The notes beneath the pieces are model-generated. The model ran no database searches. It saw only the letters and a program-made list of their open reading frames with translations, and was not told where the DNA came from. 64,000 nt of DNA, taken from positions 3,782,001 to 3,846,000 of the forward strand of contig NC_000964.3 in the NCBI RefSeq assembly GCF_000009045.1. Reading direction: 5' to 3'. Origin of the DNA: Bacillus subtilis subsp. subtilis str. 168 (GTDB lineage: Bacteria; Bacillota; Bacilli; Bacillales; Bacillaceae). The translations under genes were made by a program, and so were the position numbers. Below are positions 59,017 to 64,000 of this stretch, one piece after another (positions within the stretch are counted from its first letter, which is position 1; every line of letters starts with the position of its first letter).

Positions 59017-60297
59017 ATGGAAAAGAAAGCCTTTTTTCAACAGCTGGATGAACGAACCGATATCAGATACACAGACAGCGGACTAAAAATATTCAGATTG
59101 AAATTCCCCCGCGCCCACCTGCGGCTGTGCAATGTAAAAATCGATTTTGGAAGCCGGGATGTATGTATACGGGCAGAATCCGGTGATACACTGCTTCCGT
59201 ATGGCACAGCACATTTTTTAGAGCATCTTCTCTTCTGGCATAACGGCCGCAATCTGTACAGTGATTTTTTTGCGCATGGCGCGCTTTTAAACGCATTCAC
59301 TACCTACACCGATACCAATTTCATGTTTACCTCATTACCGGATCGGCTCAGACAAACGATTCCCATCCTGCTTGATGCTTTATGGAACCACTCATTTGAC
59401 AAGAAGATTGTCGCTCAGGAAAAAGCTGTGATTACAAGCGAAATTCAAACAGCACACCTTAACCATCAGCTCTCATATCATTATCAGCTGATCAGCATGC
59501 TTTCTCCCTCCTCACCAGCTGCCGTTTTCCCCGCAGGCAGAATCGAAGATATTGAGGCGCTGGACATCAGTGATTTACAAAAAGCCTATAAGGCTGCCTA
59601 CCAAGCCCATCGGATGACGCTGTTTTTGATTGGGGGCTCAGAAAATACAGAAACGCTTTTGCCTCCTCACCTCCAGCTGGAAAAGCGTCCGGATTATCAT
59701 GCTGAAAGAAAAATCATCCCGGCATGCCCTCCAGTCCTCTCACAAAAAATGATGCTGGGTGATGAGGAGCGGATGGAAGATACCTGGACCGGATTACAGA
59801 TCGGCGCACTTCCCGGGCAAAACGATCTGTTGTCGATAAAGCTTTATTGGGATATCGCGGCTCGTATTCTATTTCAATTAGATTCACCGTTTTTTCAAGA
59901 GATTCAGCAAACGTACCGCCTGGAAATCGATCGCTTGTCAGCCGAGACTTATATATATGAGGATGGCGGTTTCTTGATCCTTCACAGTCAAGGGACCCAT
60001 TCTTCAGCTTATATCGATGTGGCTTCATACTATGTCACACAGAAGAAAGAACAGGTTGCCGCCTGGCTTCAATACGGCAAGGACTCTTTGACAGACGCGA
60101 TCATTTATGACAGCGATTATGTGCGTAAATGCTTCGAGTGGGCAGCCGAGTGTGACAGGTGCGATTGCTCGTTTCTTGACATGTACCACATCATTCAAGA
60201 TATGGATGCGCAGGTTTTCTTGTCTCTCATTGATGCAATGGCATCTTCTAACAAAGCGATCATTCACGTTTCTCAGAAAGAGGCGATCAGACAATGA
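59017..60297 (+). CDS. albF: M16-family Zn peptidase / macrocyclase subunit
   Basis: 426 aa; YGTAHFLEHLLF (HXXEH) and LNAFTTY motifs. Confidence 0.92.
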   Translation: MEKKAFFQQLDERTDIRYTDSGLKIFRLKFPRAHLRLCNVKIDFGSRDVCIRAESGDTLLPYGTAHFLEHLLFWHNGRNLYSDFFAHGALLNAFTTYTDTNFMFTSLPDRLRQTIPILLDALWNHSFDKKIVAQEKAVITSEIQTAHLNHQLSYHYQLISMLSPSSPAAVFPAGRIEDIEALDISDLQKAYKAAYQAHRMTLFLIGGSENTETLLPPHLQLEKRPDYHAERKIIPACPPVLSQKMMLGDEERMEDTWTGLQIGALPGQNDLLSIKLYWDIAARILFQLDSPFFQEIQQTYRLEIDRLSAETYIYEDGGFLILHSQGTHSSAYIDVASYYVTQKKEQVAAWLQYGKDSLTDAIIYDSDYVRKCFEWAAECDRCDCSFLDMYHIIQDMDAQVFLSLIDAMASSNKAIIHVSQKEAIRQ

Positions 60298-60995
60298 AAC
60301 AAAGCACTGTCTTTACCCTTTTATTGCTGCTTATAGGTATGGCGGCTTATTCCTTCGGCTGGGTTCAGGCCGTTGCCGAAGCCGCCGCCCAATATGTACA
60401 GATGATCAACAATGATGCTGTGCGGCTCGGACTGCTGGCTTGTACCGCTGCCCTCCTGATGCTGCCTGCTTTTCTCTATCTTCACTATGTCACCCAATCC
60501 GTGAAAAACATGACAGCAGCTTTTCAGAAACTCACACAGTCTCATCAAAGCTGCTGTGACTTTCAGCAACACAACTTGTGCAGCCGATATGCAGAAGACG
60601 TCAAATCGCTGCGTGACAGCTATAAAAACGTCCGCCAAACATACGTGATGGCTGCCGTGTTGTGCCAAGTCATCATATTCGGCTGCATGTTCGAAATCGT
60701 TAAAGCCGTCCCTTTCCGCCTTCATACGCCCCCTGCCTTTTCAATGGGACTTGCGATGCTACTGATCCTGTATTTATTGTTTTGCATGCGAACGTATTTG
60801 CGGCAGCTTTTCCGGCACGGCAGCCTGTTCAGAAAAGTGTTTGCGGGAGCACTGGCAGCAGCCGGGATTTGGTGGATGCTCAGTTTCTCTATAAGTGAAC
60901 TGCTGTTTCTGATTATCCTGGCTGCCATTCAGCAAATCGGATCATTTATTTATAAACGATTCTCTTATCACAGCACCGCTTCTCTTGATCTATAA
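60294..60995 (+). CDS. albG: Membrane protein AlbG
   Basis: 233 aa multi-TM protein; last gene of the alb operon; 4-bp overlap with albF. Confidence 0.85.
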   Translation: MKQSTVFTLLLLLIGMAAYSFGWVQAVAEAAAQYVQMINNDAVRLGLLACTAALLMLPAFLYLHYVTQSVKNMTAAFQKLTQSHQSCCDFQQHNLCSRYAEDVKSLRDSYKNVRQTYVMAAVLCQVIIFGCMFEIVKAVPFRLHTPPAFSMGLAMLLILYLLFCMRTYLRQLFRHGSLFRKVFAGALAAAGIWWMLSFSISELLFLIILAAIQQIGSFIYKRFSYHSTASLDL

Positions 60996-61000
60996 AATAG

Positions 61001-62377
61001 CTACATCGCAATCGCAGACGGACCCGCGCCAACCGGAATCACCGTCACGGCTGTATAATCACTTGTGCGGTACACGGTCACAGCATTGTCGTTGGGCTGT
61101 GCCGCATAAATATACTGTTTGTCCGGCGTTACGGCGAGGTCAAAGGCGCCGGGGAGAGACACGTTTGCAATGATCCTCTGTCTGGCCGTATTAACTACGT
61201 ATAAGTTATTAATGAGAAACGGTTCACTATATGGCTCTAGAAAATAAGCTCTAGTACTATCGAGAGAAAATACAATCGTCCTCAGCGTTTCAAATAAACG
61301 GCTGAAGTCCCCTCCCCTGCTTAATGGTGACAAACTAATCTCCGTTACACCTTTCGGCCACAGCTCACCATTCAATACGTACGCAAAATTTCCAGCGTAA
61401 GGAGTTGTAATTAAACTGGGAAATTCAAATGTATCTATGATACTTTCTACCAACTGCCCAGTATTTACATCATATTTATCAACCGACCAACTGCTTCCAT
61501 TAGCGGTATAGACATACTGTCCATTCGGATCAAGAGCAAAGTCTAAAGCGCCGGGTATCGGAATGACATCAATGACCGATTGAGAGGCCGTGTTAATCAC
61601 ATATATAGATCCGGCGGCCATCACGTATGCGAACTCATCTGTTGGATCAAATTCGATTTTTCTCGGCCCTCCTCCAACAGTAATGGTATTTATGATGGTT
61701 AATGTTTTATTATCAATCACTGAGACAAGGTTGGTATTTCCATGGAGGACATACGTGAATGCTTTATCGAAAGTAACGCCTAGATTAGTTGGCACGTCAG
61801 AAAAAGGGATTGTTTTTACAACAGTGTTTAAATCTGCATCAATAACCGAAACCGTGCTGTCTCCAGTATTGGCAGTAAACACATACGATTGAGGGTCTGG
61901 TGATGGCGGTAAAACAAGTGTCCCGGCCACCGTAAGCGGACTGCCGTAGAAAGGCGGTACAATGAGCAGATCTTCCACTGTTATTTGACTGAAATCAGGA
62001 CAGCGGCCAGACTGTGCTGCATAATAAACAACTTGATCAATCTCTTCAGTATGAATCACAGAAACAGCCCCGTCTCCTTGTCCATATTGATTTCGTACAG
62101 GCGACACACTGACAAGAAGCGTAATGGTCCCTTGTACTCTCACAGCATATCGAACACCGATATCTTCTGGTTCCGGCCCAGTCTGGATTAAGCAAGGCTC
62201 ACTGATACAGGACAAATTGTCTGTACTCCATGTAACAGCCGCTGACGCTTCGGCCGTATCAACCTTGAAGCCCTCAGGGAAATCTATCGGCACTTGAAAC
62301 GGCGCTTCCCGGCTAATTTCCTCATCACAAAAACAGAAACAATTTTCCTGTAAAGCAGAAAGATCATTCTTTTTCAT
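61001..62377 (-). CDS. ywhL: Cys-bearing N-domain + YVTN-type beta-propeller protein
   Basis: 458 aa; repeats such as YVFTANTGDSTVSVID and TIPVGAGPSAIAM. Confidence 0.85.
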   Translation of the reverse strand: MKKNDLSALQENCFCFCDEEISREAPFQVPIDFPEGFKVDTAEASAAVTWSTDNLSCISEPCLIQTGPEPEDIGVRYAVRVQGTITLLVSVSPVRNQYGQGDGAVSVIHTEEIDQVVYYAAQSGRCPDFSQITVEDLLIVPPFYGSPLTVAGTLVLPPSPDPQSYVFTANTGDSTVSVIDADLNTVVKTIPFSDVPTNLGVTFDKAFTYVLHGNTNLVSVIDNKTLTIINTITVGGGPRKIEFDPTDEFAYVMAAGSIYVINTASQSVIDVIPIPGALDFALDPNGQYVYTANGSSWSVDKYDVNTGQLVESIIDTFEFPSLITTPYAGNFAYVLNGELWPKGVTEISLSPLSRGGDFSRLFETLRTIVFSLDSTRAYFLEPYSEPFLINNLYVVNTARQRIIANVSLPGAFDLAVTPDKQYIYAAQPNDNAVTVYRTSDYTAVTVIPVGAGPSAIAM

Positions 62378-62415
62378 GATTTCACGTCCTTTTAGAAATG
62401 CACAACATGCAGCGG

Positions 62416-63771
62416 TTAAATCGTAATGGCACCCGGTGAAACCCCAAGAGATATCACAGTTTCCTCAGAATAATCATCTGTGTTGTAAACAATGATGCTC
62501 TGCTCTATAAAACGAGTTGCATACAGAAAATCGCCATTCGGGGTAAACGCATAGTCTGTTGCTGATTGCGGAACATTTCCTATAACGCCTGCTCCATTTG
62601 GACTGACAGAATATAAATTGCCAGTGAAGCCGTCATATAAATACACCTCTGCTCCACTCGTAAACATTCGATATTCCCCTTCATACTCCAGCTCTTGGGT
62701 GCTGCTGATGGTAAACGTATTTAAATCAATAACCGTCAAATAATTAAAAAAGAATTCTTGTTCTAATACATAGGCATACCGCTCCGGCCAATTTGTTTCT
62801 ATGGTTGATACGATAAGCTCTCGTTCAATTGTTCCTGTGACTTCACCGGTAGTTAGGTCCACTTTTTGCACTATTCCAAAATTCAGAACATAGGCGAATA
62901 ACCCATTGGGATCGATTGCAACATCATATCCTTCCACAGGAATCGACCTATCCACAGTTAACGTATCAATTCCAATCACATAAACCGCAGTACCGGTGAA
63001 AACATAAGCAAACTCATGATTAGGGATAAATCTAATCAATCGAGGCGGCTGATCCAGCAATATAGTTGCTGTCACTGTTAATGTGTCATAATCGATGACA
63101 GAAATCACATTATTGTTGGGATGTAAGACAAACACAGCGCTTTTATCTGGCGTAATTTCAATACCTGCCGGATTGTACGGAAGAGCAATCGTTGTCACAA
63201 CAGTATCGGTGTTTGTATCAATCACAGAAACTGATTGATCATTTGGATTCGCTGTAAACGCGTAGACGGGTTCCGGCTCCGGTACAAGCACAATTGTCCC
63301 CGTCACCGATAAAGGACTGCCGTAAAACGGCGGAACAACAACAAGGTTCTCAATCGTGATGTCACTGATATCCGGGCAATCATCCGATTCATCGGAATAA
63401 TAGACGACTTGATCGATTTCTGCATTGTGAATGACGGAAACAGCCCCGTCCCCTTGTCCATATTGATTTCGGACAGGTGAGACACTGACGAGTAGCGTAA
63501 CGGTTCCCTGCAGGCGCACTGCAAATTGAACACCGACCTCATCAGGCTCAGGCCCCGTTTGAATTAAGCAACGGTCACTGACACAAGAAAGGCTGTCTGC
63601 ATTCCACGTCACGTTTGCAACAGCTTCAGCCGGATCAACGACAAACCCTTCAGGTAATTCAATCGGTGCTTGAAACATGGCTTCTCGGCTTGCTTCTCCC
63701 TCACAAAAACATAAGCACTCTTCTTGTTCTGCTCCTGCTTTTTCTTTAAAGGAAAGCTTGTTTTTTCTCAT
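62416..63771 (-). CDS. ywhK: Cys-bearing N-domain + YVTN-type beta-propeller protein, paralog of ywhL
   Basis: 451 aa; shares [24 protein letters not shown] with ywhL; [16 protein letters not shown] repeats. Confidence 0.85.
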
Positions 63772-63894
63772 TCCTTCACTTCCTTTTCAGACATACACTG
63801 CTCACGCAGATATAACAGAATATGGAAGGGTAACGTGTTTGCTTGTACAAATTGCTGAGGGTAAACGCTTCTTTTTGAAAATATATCTCCAAAC

Positions 63895-63989
63895 ATGCGG
63901 TGTAACGAAAGAAAAAATTGCGGTTTTTTTGCGCTTCTCACAAGAATGTTGATGATAAAATATGACATATATAGAATTATGAAGGGAGG
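63895..63989 (+). promoter_or_regulatory. ComA tripartite site, SigA promoter and RBS of the next gene (rapF by synteny; CDS outside the window)
   Basis: ATGCGG-4-ACGAAA-7-TTGCGG (63895-63923); TTGATG-17-TAGAAT (63949-63977); GGGAGG SD. Confidence 0.6.
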
Positions 63990-64000
63990 GATTTGCAAAC

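Noticed and set aside
53900-61000. sbo-alb cluster as a mobile island
   Set aside because: No integrase, transposase, tRNA anchor or flanking direct repeats were seen.

Overview
Bacterial chromosomal window whose gene order and protein sequences match my recollection of the Bacillus subtilis (168-type) region from atpD to just upstream of rapF; I did not verify this by search. In order it carries: the F1F0 ATP synthase operon (atpI-B-E-F-H-A-G-D, with atpD cut by the window edge); upp, glyA, the ywlG-A cluster with spoIIR; prmC-prfA, racA, maeA-ywkB, tdk, rpmE, rho, glpX, murAB, tal, fbaA, spo0F, pyrG and rpoE; fadF-acdA, two cardiolipin synthases, uvsE and ywjABC; the anaerobic narGHJI/arfM/fnr/narK block; argS; the subtilosin A sactipeptide cluster (sboA, sboX, albA-G); and the tandem paralogs ywhL/ywhK. 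I saw no rRNA, tRNA, CRISPR array, IS or prophage. Most of the content is well-studied housekeeping DNA. The most novel-looking observations are: (1) YwjC, a SigB-promoter-driven 90-aa protein that aligns in register with HPr/Crh (R17, K45-S46 kept, His15 replaced by Thr); (2) a frameshifted relic of an atpZ-like gene hidden in the atp leader; (3) a decayed YitT-family gene between the nar operon and ywiE; (4) a SigE-like promoter embedded in an RBS-occluding hairpin before ywlD/mntP; (5) a Fur-boxed exporter-fold ABC plus DHFR-like pair (ywjAB); and (6) the two-domain YwhK/YwhL paralogs. Family assignments come from recalled motifs, not from database searches.
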